In this document: in pieces, positions 20,176 through 29,993 of the stretch
How the letters are laid out: the number at the start of each line of letters is the position of its first letter
Position numbering within the stretch: the stretch's first letter is position 1
NCBI GenBank assembly: GCA_963749075.1
Contig: CAVVLJ010000020.1
Coordinates: forward strand, 480,001 to 544,000
Direction of reading: 5' to 3'
Length of the DNA stretch: 64,000 bases
DNA from: an uncultured Pseudomonadota bacterium
GTDB lineage: Bacteria > Pseudomonadota > Alphaproteobacteria > JACZXZ01
The notes under the pieces: generated by a model
Told to the model about the DNA's origin: nothing
The model's database searches: none
What the model saw: the letters and a program-made list of their open reading frames with translations, nothing else
Position numbers and translations under genes: made by a program

Positions 20176-22466
20176 ATGGCACAAGGCGACAGGGATCCGG
20201 GATCCGACGGCGCTCCGACGGGCGAGGGTGGCACCCCGCTCGCCGAGACGCCGGCCGCGAGTGCCGCGCGCGACGAGGACGGCCACACCATCGTGCCGGC
20301 CGGCATGGTGCTCGGCTTCACCTACCGCATCGAGAAGCTGCTCGCCCGCGGCGGCATGGGCGAGGTCTACCGCGCGATCCACCTCGACCTGCGCACCGAG
20401 CACGCCATCAAGGTCATCCGCCCCGAGCTCGCCAACGACGCCAAGGTCGCCGAGCTCTTCAAGCGCGAGGCGACGACCCTGCGCGCGATCAGGAACGACG
20501 CCATCGTCGCCTATGACGGCATCTTCCGCGACGAGAACGGCCGGCTCTATCTCGTCATGGAATATGTCGACGGGCCGTCGCTCTCCGAGGTGCTCAAGGC
20601 GCGGCCGCTCTCCCTGGACGAGCTCTATCGGCTGCGGGAGCGCCTCGCCAAGGGCCTCGCGGCCGCGCACGCGAAGGGCATCGTCCATCGCGATCTCTCG
20701 CCCGACAACGTGATCCTGCCCGGGGGCGAGCTGGACAAGGCGAAGATCATCGATTTCGGCATTGCCAAGCTGTCCGACCCGCTGGCGGGCACCATCGTGG
20801 GCGACGACTTCGCGGGCCGCTACCTCTTCGCGTCGCCCGAGCAGTTCGGCATGTTCGGCGCCCGCGTGGACGCGCGCTCCGACATCTACAGCCTGGGGCT
20901 GGTGCTCGCCGCGGCGGCGGCGGGCAAGCCGCTGGCCATGGGCTCGACGCCGATGTTGGCCATCGATTCGCGCCGCGCGGTGCCCGATCTCAGCCCCGTG
21001 CCCGAGGCCTTCCGCGCCGAGCTCGCCCGCATGCTCGAGCCGGACCCGGAGCGCCGCATGCGCTCCCTCGATGAGCTCACGGCGCCCGAGCCCCCAGCCG
21101 GGGCCGCCGAGGGGTCGACCGTCGTGCTCGGCGGGAGCTCGCGCGCGAGCGCGCCGCGGCACCGCCGCAATCGCGCGGCAGCACAGCACCGCCGCGGAGC
21201 CGCTCCGAGCTCGTCGTCAAGATCCTGGCGGCGGCCTTCGGCCTCGCCGTGCTCGCCGGCGGGGTCATCATCTACGTGACGATCTCCAGTACGAGCCCGA
21301 TCAAGGTCCCATCGCCGTCGCCCACTCCCAGCGCCGCCGCGACGGAAGCCGCGGCACCCCCGCCGAGCCCCAAGCCTGCGCCGAGCAGCGCCGCCGCAAG
21401 CCCCGTGTCTACGGGCGCCAGCCCTGCGCCGAGCCCGCAAGCGCCGGCGCCAACTCCGGCGCCGTCGAGTGCCGGCAACTCGACCCCTGCCGCAGCGCCG
21501 CCGCATCCGGCGCCGTCCGGCGTCGCCGCCGCGAGCCCGACCCCGCCGGCACCGAGCGCGACCCCGCCGGCGAGCCCCGCGCTTGGGGCCGGCGTTCCTC
21601 CGGCGAGCCCCGGCCCGCCGCACCCGAGCCCCTCCGCGGCTTCGTCCAGCGCGCCGTCGCCCTCGCCGAGCCCGGCACCTCAGCAGAGCCCAGCACCTCC
21701 GCCGAGCCCCGTAGCGTCGCCGCCCCCCCCGCAACCGCCGGCTGCCGAGCAGACCGCGGCACTGTCTCCGCCGAAGCTCGATCTCCCGCAGCTCGAGGCC
21801 AATGCCCGGCGCGTCGCCTCGCGGCTCGATTGCGCGAGCGTGAAGACGGTGGCCGCGGAGAACGGCGCGCTCAGCGTTTCCGGCTTCGTCGCGAGCGAGG
21901 CCGACAAGAGCGATCTTGCCGCCAAGCTTTCGGCCCTATCGGGGGTGTCGAGCGTGACCGCGGACCTCGTGATCGTACCGCGGCCGTTCTGCGAGGTCCG
22001 CGCGATGCTCGATGAGCTTGCCCTCGTGGGCGGCGCCGGCATCGGCGCACCGGTTCTGCAGCTCAACCACGCCGATCTCGCGTACCGCGCGGGCGACAAG
22101 TTCGTCGTCAAGGTGAAGGCCTCCGACCGCTTCGCCGGCTATCTCTACCTGGATTTCATCGACAGCGAGGGCAGCGTCGTCCATCTCTTGTGGACCCCGA
22201 GCCTGCTCGGGAGCCGCGTGCTGGCCGGCCAGGAGCTCACCGCGGGCGCCAGGGGCGAGCTCGTGGCATCGCCGCCGTTCGGCGAGAATCTGCTGATCGC
22301 CATCTCCTCGCGGCGGCCGCTTTTCAGCGCGCTGCGGCCCGAGGTCGAGCGGGGCGCCGTCTATTTCCCGGCCCTCCGGCAGGCCCTCGCTTCCGCCGCA
22401 CCGGGCGGCGAGGAGGGGCTCCCGCTCGCGAGCTTTGTCTCCGTCGCGGTCAATCCGGCGAATTGA
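20176..22466 (+). CDS. Membrane Hanks-type Ser/Thr kinase (PpkA-like) with Pro-rich linker and DUF4384-like C-terminus, one frameshift near 21150
   Basis: RGGMGEVY, AIK, HRDLSPDN, DFG and ASPEQ. The TM (KILAAAFGLAVLAGGVIIY), the P/A/S linker and YLYLDFIDSEGSVVHL...PPFGE lie in the adjacent frame. Confidence 0.8.
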
Positions 22467-22616
22467 GGGGGGCTCCGCCGCCGCCGCGATTTCGCCATGA
22501 CTCGCCATGGCGAGGGTGTTATATTGCCAGGACATAAAAATGCTGTCCCAAAGGACGTTCGTAGCGATGGTGGGCTTGGGCACCGCCCACTGCGTAGCAT
22601 TGAGGAGATCCAGCCA

Positions 22617-23180
22617 ATGAAAGGCCACTTGATCGGCTGTCTCGTGGCTGCCGGAGTGCTGGCCGCCCAGCCCATCATCAGCGCCGCCGCCGCGGTCAAG
22701 CAGCTCGGCGGCAGCGCCACGTCCGACGACATCATCCAGGCTCTCACGCCGCCGGCCGGCGGCGGCATCCGCACGCGCGGGCTCACCGTGGTGCCTCCCG
22801 CGGCCCCGAGCGCCAGCGCGCCGGCAAAGGCGGAGGCCCCGGCCGTTGCCATCGCCATCCGCTTCGAGCTCAACTCGGCGGCCCTGACCGATGACGCGAA
22901 GGCGGTGATCAAGAAGATCGGCGAAGCCATGATGGCGCCCCAGCTCGCCCATTACCGCTTCCTCCTCGAGGGCCATACCGACACGACCGGGACGCCGGAT
23001 TACAACATGGCGCTCTCCGAGGAGCGCGCCCAGGCGGTGCGCGATTATCTGGTCAAGACCTTCGGCGTGCCGCAGGAGCGCCTCGATGCCGTCGGCCGCG
23101 GCGAGAAGATGCTGCTCGATCCGGCCAATCCGACGAGTGCCGTCAACCGGCGCGTGCAGATCGTCAATCTCGGTGGCTAG
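22617..23180 (+). CDS. Periplasmic OmpA-like peptidoglycan-binding protein
   Basis: Signal peptide; IRFELNSAAL, EGHTD, NMALSEERA and NRRVQI. Confidence 0.88.
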   Translation: MKGHLIGCLVAAGVLAAQPIISAAAAVKQLGGSATSDDIIQALTPPAGGGIRTRGLTVVPPAAPSASAPAKAEAPAVAIAIRFELNSAALTDDAKAVIKKIGEAMMAPQLAHYRFLLEGHTDTTGTPDYNMALSEERAQAVRDYLVKTFGVPQERLDAVGRGEKMLLDPANPTSAVNRRVQIVNLGG

Positions 23181-23194
23181 CGCCGGACCTGCCC

Positions 23195-23662
23195 TTGCGC
23201 CCGGTGCCTGAGGTGGCCGGCAAGCCGTTGCGCGCGGAGGGCCGGCTGAGGAGTGGGGTTCTGGCCGGACTGGTGCTGCTGGCGGCTCCGGCCGCCGCGG
23301 CGGAGCTCAGCTGCCCCCTGGCGGTCGGCCCCGGCACGCCGCTGCCCGGCGGTTTCGCGCTCATCGGCAGCGCGCCGCGCGCGGAGCGGCCCTTGAGCAG
23401 TGCGAGCATCGTCAACGGCCCGCCGGGCGAGGAGCAGGCGACGGCGCCGGCCACCCTCGCTCCCGACGACGAGAGCAAGCGCGAGGGCCGCATCGTGCAG
23501 CTCTGGCGGCTCGCGGATTATCGCAAGGAGGGCCTTCTCCTGGTGTGCCGCTACCGCGGGACCGCGGCCTATCTCCGCGCGGCGATCCCGGACAGCCTCG
23601 CGACCTGCAGCATGACGCTGCCGCCCTCGGGAGCGCCGCCGTTCGAGGCCGCGTGCCGCTGA
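23195..23662 (+). CDS. Secreted STY0301-like hypothetical protein (start uncertain)
   Basis: Signal peptide then CP, GPPGEE...LAPD, W and LVCRY pattern; family recalled, not searched. Confidence 0.55.
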   Translation: MRPVPEVAGKPLRAEGRLRSGVLAGLVLLAAPAAAAELSCPLAVGPGTPLPGGFALIGSAPRAERPLSSASIVNGPPGEEQATAPATLAPDDESKREGRIVQLWRLADYRKEGLLLVCRYRGTAAYLRAAIPDSLATCSMTLPPSGAPPFEAACR

Positions 23663-23678
23663 GCTGCCCCCCGAGGTA

Positions 23679-23734
23679 CCCATGCCAAGTCCCCATGCCA
23701 AGTCTGTCCCCATGCCAAGTCCCCATGCCAAGTC
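23679..23734. repeat. Four 13-bp direct repeats CCCATGCCAAGTC
   Basis: Copies at 23679, 23692, 23709 and 23722, with a 4-bp spacer TGTC between the two pairs. Confidence 0.95.
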
Positions 23735-23764
23735 TTGACCCAAGCCGCAGGCGACAGCTATAAT
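23735..23764 (+). promoter_or_regulatory. Sigma70-type promoter of the T6SS operon
   Basis: TTGACC-N18-TATAAT followed by an AT-rich tract, ending 66 nt before tssA. Confidence 0.65.
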
Positions 23765-23830
23765 TCAATTGGGATCAAATAATTACGTGCCTTTGCTGCG
23801 ACGCGGTGAACGAAAGCGGGAGATCGGTGC

Positions 23831-24952
23831 TTGGCGTCCGTTCTCGATATTGACCGTTTACTCGCGGCCATCCCGGGCGACAACCCGGGAGGGGGCAATC
23901 TGCGCGACGATGCCACTCCCACCTCGGTCTACTACAAGCTCAAGGACCTGCGCGCCGCGGCGCGGGCGGCGGAGCGCCAGCTCGGGGCACCCGCCGAGGC
24001 GGACGGGCAGGCGCCCGAGGACGAGGCCGAGTGGCCCAAGGAATGGCTCGCCATTCTCGAGCTGTCCCCCCCGATCCTGGCCGAGCGAAGCAAGGACCTC
24101 GAGGTCGCCGCCTGGCTGATCGAGGCGCTCCTGCGCCGGCACGGCTTCGCCGGGCTGCACGACGGCTTCCGCCTCGCGCGCGGCCTCGTCGAGAAGTTCT
24201 GGGACAATCTCTATCCGCTGCCCGACGAGGACGGCGTGAGCACGCGCGTGGGGCCGCTGACCGGGCTCAACGGCGAGGGCATGGACGGCACGCTCATCCT
24301 GCCGCTGCGCAAGGTGCCGATCACCGGCAACGCCGACGCCGGCGTCCTCTCAATGTGGCACCACGACCAGGCGAGCAACCTCTTCAAGGTCGACGCCGAG
24401 ACGCGCCAGCGCCGCATCGACGCCGGCGCCACGACGATCGAGAAGTTCACCGGCGCCGTCTCGCACACGCCGGTCGACTTCTATCGCGAGCTGATCGCCG
24501 ACCTCGAGGGTTGCCTCGCGGAATTTGCCGGCCTGAACGCGGCGCTCGAGGCAAAATGCGGCCACGACGCGCCGCCCAGCTCGAACATCAAGGGCGAGCT
24601 CACCCGGGTGCTGGACACCGTGCGCTCGGCCAACAAGGACCGCTTGGCGCCAGCCGAGGGAGCCGGCGCCTCCCAGGGAGCGGGTGCTGCCCAGCCAGCG
24701 GCCGAGGCGGCGCTTGCGGCGGGCGGTCCGATCAATTCGCGCGAGCAGGCCTTTCGCTTGCTCCTCGCCGTGGCGGACTATTTCCGCCGCGCCGAGCCGC
24801 ATTCCTTCCTAGCACTCACCATCGAGGAGACCGTCCGCCGCGGCCGGCTGCCCCTCTCGGAGCTGCTCTCGGAGCTGGTTCCGGACCAGGCGGCGCGGGA
24901 CGGCCTCTTCATGCGCGCCGGCATCCAGCCGCCGGCGGGATCGGGACGATGA
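23831..24952 (+). CDS. tssA: T6SS protein TssA (ImpA, short form)
   Basis: LLAAIPGDNPGG, SKDLEVAAWL, FWDNLYP and YFRRAEPHS. Confidence 0.9.
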   Translation: MASVLDIDRLLAAIPGDNPGGGNLRDDATPTSVYYKLKDLRAAARAAERQLGAPAEADGQAPEDEAEWPKEWLAILELSPPILAERSKDLEVAAWLIEALLRRHGFAGLHDGFRLARGLVEKFWDNLYPLPDEDGVSTRVGPLTGLNGEGMDGTLILPLRKVPITGNADAGVLSMWHHDQASNLFKVDAETRQRRIDAGATTIEKFTGAVSHTPVDFYRELIADLEGCLAEFAGLNAALEAKCGHDAPPSSNIKGELTRVLDTVRSANKDRLAPAEGAGASQGAGAAQPAAEAALAAGGPINSREQAFRLLLAVADYFRRAEPHSFLALTIEETVRRGRLPLSELLSELVPDQAARDGLFMRAGIQPPAGSGR

Positions 24953-25059
24953 AAAGCTGGGCGATGAGGAGATGACGGCGAGATCGAGAGGGCGGCACCG
25001 GCCGCCGCAGAGCGTCGCAACGTGACGCCGGGCAGGACGCCAGGGAAGGGAAGGTAGCC

Positions 25060-25593
25060 ATGGCCGAGAGCATCCACCAAAAGCTCAACCGCGTTCGCAA
25101 GCCGAGGGTCCATATCACCTACGACGTGGAAACCGAGGGCGCCGTCGTCCAGAAGGAGCTTCCCTTCGTGGTCGGCGTGCTCGGCGATTTCTCGGGCGAT
25201 CCGAGCGAGCCGCTCAAGCCGCTCAAGGACCGCAAGTTCGTCCAGATCGACCGCGACAACTTCGACAGCGTCATGGCCTCGATGACCCCTGGCCTCAACC
25301 TCAAGGTCGACAACAAGCTCGCCGACGACGGCAGCCAGATGGCGGTGAGCCTCAAGTTCCGCTCGCTCGACGACTTCGAGCCCGCGCGCGTGGTCGACCA
25401 GGTGGAGCCGCTGCGCAAGCTGATGGAGACGCGCAACAAGCTGCGCGACCTCATGAGCAAGGCCGACCGCTCGCAGGACCTCGAGGGGCTGCTCGAGCGC
25501 ATTCTGCAGAACGAGGAGCAGCTCAAGTCCCTCTCCAGCCAGCTTGGGGCCGAGGCCCCGGCCGGAGAGACCGGCAAGAAGGAGGGCGAGTGA
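25060..25593 (+). CDS. tssB: T6SS contractile sheath small subunit
   Basis: [26 protein letters not shown] and IDRDNFD. Confidence 0.96.
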   Translation: MAESIHQKLNRVRKPRVHITYDVETEGAVVQKELPFVVGVLGDFSGDPSEPLKPLKDRKFVQIDRDNFDSVMASMTPGLNLKVDNKLADDGSQMAVSLKFRSLDDFEPARVVDQVEPLRKLMETRNKLRDLMSKADRSQDLEGLLERILQNEEQLKSLSSQLGAEAPAGETGKKEGE

Positions 25594-27086
25594 TGGCCGA
25601 CGCGAAAACCGAGCGACGCACCGAGACCAAGACCGCGGAAGCCGCGGAGGTCAGTCTGCTCGACCAGGCGGTCGCGGCGACCAAGCAGACCGAGCCGGAG
25701 CGCGCCCAGGAGCTGCTGCGCGCGCTCACGACCGAGGCGCTCAAGGGGACGGTGGTCTTCAACAAGAACCTCACCGTCACCTTCAACAAGGCGATCGCCG
25801 CGATCGACGCCAAGCTCTCCGAGCAGCTCGCGGTGATCATGCACGATCCGAAGTTCGGCAAGCTCGAGGGCACCTGGCGCGGCATGCATCACCTGGTGAT
25901 GAACTCCGAGACCAGCGCCATGCTCAAGATCCGCGTGATGAACGTGAGCAAGCGCGAGCTCTACCGCGACATCACCAAGGCGGTCGAATTCGATCAAAGC
26001 CAGACCTTCAAGAAGATCTACGAGAACGAGTTCGGCACGCCCGGCGGCGAGCCCTACGGCGCCCTCATCGGCGACTACGAGTTCACCAACCACCCGGAGG
26101 ACATCGAGCTGCTCTCCGGCGTCTCGAACGTCGCCGCCGCGGCCTTTGCACCCTTCATCGCCGCAGGCAGCCCGAAGATGTTCGGCTTCGAGAGCTTCTC
26201 CGAGCTCTCCAGGCCGCGCGACCTCGAGAAGATCTTCGACACGATCGAATATGCCAAATGGCGCAGCTACCGCGACAGCGAGGACTCGCGCTTCGTCACG
26301 CTCACCATGCCGCGCGTGCTCGCCCGCCTGCCCTACGGCGCCAACACCCGCACCATCGACGAGTTCGACTACGAGGAGGCGCCGACCGACAAGCGCGGCC
26401 GCTCGCTCCCCATGCAGCACGACGACTTCTGCTGGATGAACGCCGCCTACGTCATGGGCACCAAGCTCACCGACGCCTTCGCCAAGAACGGCTGGTGCAC
26501 CGCCATCCGGGGTGCCGAGGGCGGGGGCAAGGTCGAATGGCTCCCCTCCTACATCTTCATCAGCGACGACGGCGACCCGGACCAGAAGTGCCCGACCGAG
26601 ATCGGCATCACCGACCGCCGCGAGGCGGAGCTGAGCAAGCTCGGCTTCCTGCCGCTCTGCCATTACAAGAACACCGACTACGCGGTCTTCTTCGGCGCGC
26701 AGACCACCCAGAAGCCCAAGAAGTACGACCGCCCCGAGGCGACGGCGAACGCCGCCATCTCGGCGCGCCTGCCCTATATGATGGCCTGCTCGCGCTTCGC
26801 CCACTACCTCAAGATCCTGGCGCGCGACAAGATCGGCTCGTTCATGGAGGCGTCCGACTGCGAGGCCTGGCTCAACCGCTGGATTTCGAACTACGTCAAC
26901 GGCAACCCCCAGGCCGGGCCGGACATGAAGGCGAAATACCCGCTCGCCGACGCCAAGGTGGTGGTGAAGGAGGTGCCGGGGGCACCCGGCTCGTACAACG
27001 CCATCGCCTTCATGCGGCCGTGGCTGCAGTTCGAAGAGCTCACCACCTCCATGCGCATGGTGGCGCGCATTCCGAAGATGAGCTGA
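25593..27086 (+). CDS. tssC: T6SS contractile sheath large subunit
   Basis: [40 protein letters not shown] and SRFAHYLK. Confidence 0.96.
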   Translation: MADAKTERRTETKTAEAAEVSLLDQAVAATKQTEPERAQELLRALTTEALKGTVVFNKNLTVTFNKAIAAIDAKLSEQLAVIMHDPKFGKLEGTWRGMHHLVMNSETSAMLKIRVMNVSKRELYRDITKAVEFDQSQTFKKIYENEFGTPGGEPYGALIGDYEFTNHPEDIELLSGVSNVAAAAFAPFIAAGSPKMFGFESFSELSRPRDLEKIFDTIEYAKWRSYRDSEDSRFVTLTMPRVLARLPYGANTRTIDEFDYEEAPTDKRGRSLPMQHDDFCWMNAAYVMGTKLTDAFAKNGWCTAIRGAEGGGKVEWLPSYIFISDDGDPDQKCPTEIGITDRREAELSKLGFLPLCHYKNTDYAVFFGAQTTQKPKKYDRPEATANAAISARLPYMMACSRFAHYLKILARDKIGSFMEASDCEAWLNRWISNYVNGNPQAGPDMKAKYPLADAKVVVKEVPGAPGSYNAIAFMRPWLQFEELTTSMRMVARIPKMS

Positions 27087-27093
27087 GAGGGAC

Positions 27094-28665
27094 ATGGCGG
27101 TCGATACGGCGGTACCCGGCGACGAGGGTCTCGGGAGGCACGGAGCCGCGTCGCGGGCGAGGCCGTCGCCGGTGCCGGGCGGCGTGCCGCTCGGCGTGCG
27201 CTTGACCGCGGGCGAGGCGGCCAACGCCGGGCCCGCGCTCGCGGCCTTCCTCGCCGAGCCGGATATCGCCGCGGCCCTCGCCCTCTGGTTCGGCGGCCCG
27301 GTCAGCCGCTCGCTCGCCGACGAGCGCGGCGCGGTGCTGGCGGCACTCGACCGCGACATCGCCGCCATCGACGCGCTCCTGAGCGCCCAGGCCAACGCCG
27401 TCCTTCACCATCCGCGCTTCCAGCGCCTCGAGGCGTCGTGGCGGGGCGTGCGCTATCTCGCCGATCAGGCCGACCCGGACGACGGCGTCAAGGTGCGCAT
27501 CCTCCAGCTGCCCTGGGCCGAGCTCTGCCGCGATCTCGAGCGCGCCATCGAGTTCGACCAGAGCCAGCTCTTCGGCAAGATCTACAGCGAGGAGTTCGGC
27601 ATGCCGGGCGGCGAGCCCTTCGGCGTGCTGCTCGGGGACTACGAGGTCCTGCACAAGCGCGCGGCAGGTCATCCGAGCGACGACGTGGCGGCGCTCAAGG
27701 GCATGTCGCAGGTGGCCGCGGCGGCCTTCACCCCCTTCGTCGTCGGCTGCCTGCCCGGCATGTTCGGCGTCGACCGCTTCCGCGAGCTCGGCATCCATGT
27801 CGACCTCGGCTCCACCTTCAACCAGCTCGAGTACCTGCGCTGGCGCAGCCTCCAGGAGAGCGACGACGCGCGCTTCATCGCGGTCGTGCTGCCGCGCGTG
27901 CTGATGCGGCTGCCCTACCGCGACGACGGCTCGCGCGTCGACGGCTTCCGCTTCGCCGAGGAGGTGACCGCCGCGCACCACGACGCCTATCTCTGGGGCA
28001 GCGCCATCTTCGCCTTCGGCGCCGTGCTCATCCGCTCCTTCGTCTCCTCGGGCTGGTTCGCCGAGATCCGCGGGGCGCCGCGCGACGTGATCGGAGGCGG
28101 GCTCGCCACCGATCTGCCGATCTCTTGCTTCGAGACGGATAGCGCGCATATCGCCCAGCGCTATTCGACGGATCTGTGCCTGAGCGAGCTGCAGGACGTG
28201 GCGTTGAGCGAGCTCGGCTTCATGCCGTTGCGCAAATGCAAGGACACGGACTATTCCGCCTTCTTTGCCACGCCCTCGGTCCACGTGCCGAAGAAGTACG
28301 ACCGCTTCGTCGCCAACATCAACGCGCGCCTCTCCTCGATGCTGCAGTACGTGCTCTGCGTCTCGCGCGTGAGCCACTACATCAAGGTGATCGGGCGCGA
28401 CCGGGTGGGCTCCTTCGCGACCGCCGCGGAGTGCGAGGCCCTCCTCATGGGCTGGCTGCGCAAATACACCCTCGGCAACGACGACGCCTCCTACGAGATG
28501 AAGGCCAAATATCCGCTGCGCGAGGCGAGCGTACAAGTGCGCGACGTGCCCGGCCAGCCGGGGTCCTTCCGCTCGATCATCCATCTGAGGCCGCACTTCC
28601 AACTCGAGCAGGTGGTGACCAGCTTCAAGCTGGTGACCGAGCTCACCGGTGCGTCGCCGCATTGA
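27094..28665 (+). CDS. tssC: Second T6SS sheath large subunit (ImpD-like TssC paralog)
   Basis: FQRLEASWRG, EFGMPGGEPFG, LMRLPY, KYPLREA and LRPHFQ. Confidence 0.9.
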   Translation: MAVDTAVPGDEGLGRHGAASRARPSPVPGGVPLGVRLTAGEAANAGPALAAFLAEPDIAAALALWFGGPVSRSLADERGAVLAALDRDIAAIDALLSAQANAVLHHPRFQRLEASWRGVRYLADQADPDDGVKVRILQLPWAELCRDLERAIEFDQSQLFGKIYSEEFGMPGGEPFGVLLGDYEVLHKRAAGHPSDDVAALKGMSQVAAAAFTPFVVGCLPGMFGVDRFRELGIHVDLGSTFNQLEYLRWRSLQESDDARFIAVVLPRVLMRLPYRDDGSRVDGFRFAEEVTAAHHDAYLWGSAIFAFGAVLIRSFVSSGWFAEIRGAPRDVIGGGLATDLPISCFETDSAHIAQRYSTDLCLSELQDVALSELGFMPLRKCKDTDYSAFFATPSVHVPKKYDRFVANINARLSSMLQYVLCVSRVSHYIKVIGRDRVGSFATAAECEALLMGWLRKYTLGNDDASYEMKAKYPLREASVQVRDVPGQPGSFRSIIHLRPHFQLEQVVTSFKLVTELTGASPH

Positions 28666-28690
28666 GCGGCACCTGGTACGGGGTATCGCC

Positions 28691-29491
28691 ATGAGCGCCA
28701 AGGAGCATTTCGAGGCCGGCCGTCTCGCGGACGCGATCGACGAGCTGACGCGCGACGTGCGGCAGCATCCGACCGACGTGAGCCGGCGCGGTTTCCTCTC
28801 CGAGCTCCTCTGCTTCGCCGGCGAGATGGAGCGGGTCGACGCCCAGCTCGACGTGATCCAGAAGCAGGATACCAAGACGGCACTCGGCGTCGCACTCTTC
28901 CGCCAGCTCGTGCGCGGCGAGACCGCGCGCCGCCAGTTCTACCGCGAGGGCCGGCTGCCTGAGTTCCTCGACCGTCCGCCGCCCCACGTTCAGCTTCACC
29001 TCGAGGCCTCGATCCATCTGCGCGAGGGCAACGCCGCCGAGGCGGCTCGGCTCCTCGAGGAAGCCGAGGCGGCGCGGCCCCGCGTCGCCGGCGTCTCGGA
29101 CGGGCGCGCCTTCGAGGACATGCGCGACATGGACGATGTGTGCAGTTGCGTCTTCGAGGTGCTGACCAGCACGGGCAAGTACTACTGGGTGCCGATGGAG
29201 AGCGTCGAGATCATCGAGTTCCGCAAGCCGGAGCGACCGCGCGACCTCTGTTGGCGCCGCGCCCATATGGTGGTGGCGGGCGGACCGGACGGCGAGGTGT
29301 TCCTCCCCGCCATCTATGCGGCGGCGGCGGCGGCGTCCGACGACCGGGTCCGCCTCGGCCGGGTGACGGAATGGACCGGCGGCGAGGGCGTCCCGGTGCA
29401 GGGTGCCGGCTTGCGCAGCTACCTCGTCGGCGAGGAGGGCATGTCGATCATGGAGCTCGGCACCGTCAAGTTCGCCCGGGCGGACGGCTGA
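28691..29491 (+). CDS. tagJ: T6SS accessory protein TagJ/ImpE
   Basis: VRQHPTD...ELLCFAG, RDMDD, GKYYWVP, RDLCW and GEVFLPAIY. Confidence 0.88.
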   Translation: MSAKEHFEAGRLADAIDELTRDVRQHPTDVSRRGFLSELLCFAGEMERVDAQLDVIQKQDTKTALGVALFRQLVRGETARRQFYREGRLPEFLDRPPPHVQLHLEASIHLREGNAAEAARLLEEAEAARPRVAGVSDGRAFEDMRDMDDVCSCVFEVLTSTGKYYWVPMESVEIIEFRKPERPRDLCWRRAHMVVAGGPDGEVFLPAIYAAAAAASDDRVRLGRVTEWTGGEGVPVQGAGLRSYLVGEEGMSIMELGTVKFARADG

Positions 29492-29495
29492 GCCG

Positions 29496-29993
29496 ATGGC
29501 GCGGGTAGAGCTCGACCAGCCGCTCCGCCCCTCGCTCCTCGATCGCCTCATCGACGAGCATCCGGAGCTGAGGCAGGACCCGCCCAAGCACCACGGCCAG
29601 TATCTCGCCGAGCTGCGCCGCGCGGTGCGGCGCGATCTCGAGGCGCTGCTCAACACGCGCCAGCGCTGCATCTCGGCACCGGCCAACCTGACGGAGCTGC
29701 AGACCTCCTTCGTCAATTACGGCATACCCGACTTCAGCGGCCTCAACCTTACGACCGAGGCGCAGCGCGAGACCTTCCGCGCCACCATCGAGGGCATCAT
29801 CCGGCGCTACGAGCCGCGCTTCCAGAAGGTCCGTGTCGTGCTGCTCGAGAACGTCGACGCCCTCGACCGCACGCTGCGCTTCCGCATCGAGGCGCTCATC
29901 TACGCCGATCCGGCGCCCGAGCCCCTCGTGTTCGACAGCTACCTCGAGCCGGTGACGCACAGCTTCGCCGTGACGGCCAAGGACAATGGCTGA
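29496..29993 (+). CDS. tssE: T6SS baseplate TssE (gp25-like)
   Basis: PSLLDRL, RRDLEALLNTR, NYGIPD and IRRYEPR. Confidence 0.93.
   Translation: MARVELDQPLRPSLLDRLIDEHPELRQDPPKHHGQYLAELRRAVRRDLEALLNTRQRCISAPANLTELQTSFVNYGIPDFSGLNLTTEAQRETFRATIEGIIRRYEPRFQKVRVVLLENVDALDRTLRFRIEALIYADPAPEPLVFDSYLEPVTHSFAVTAKDNG

Noticed and set aside
21290-21770. Repetitive CCG/AGC-rich DNA
   Set aside because: Explained by the Pro/Ala/Ser linker of the kinase; not an independent repeat element.
23679-23734. Possible CRISPR array or sigma54 promoter
   Set aside because: Repeats are 13 bp with no unique spacers and no cas genes; the TGGCA on the minus strand lacks a correctly spaced -12 TGC.
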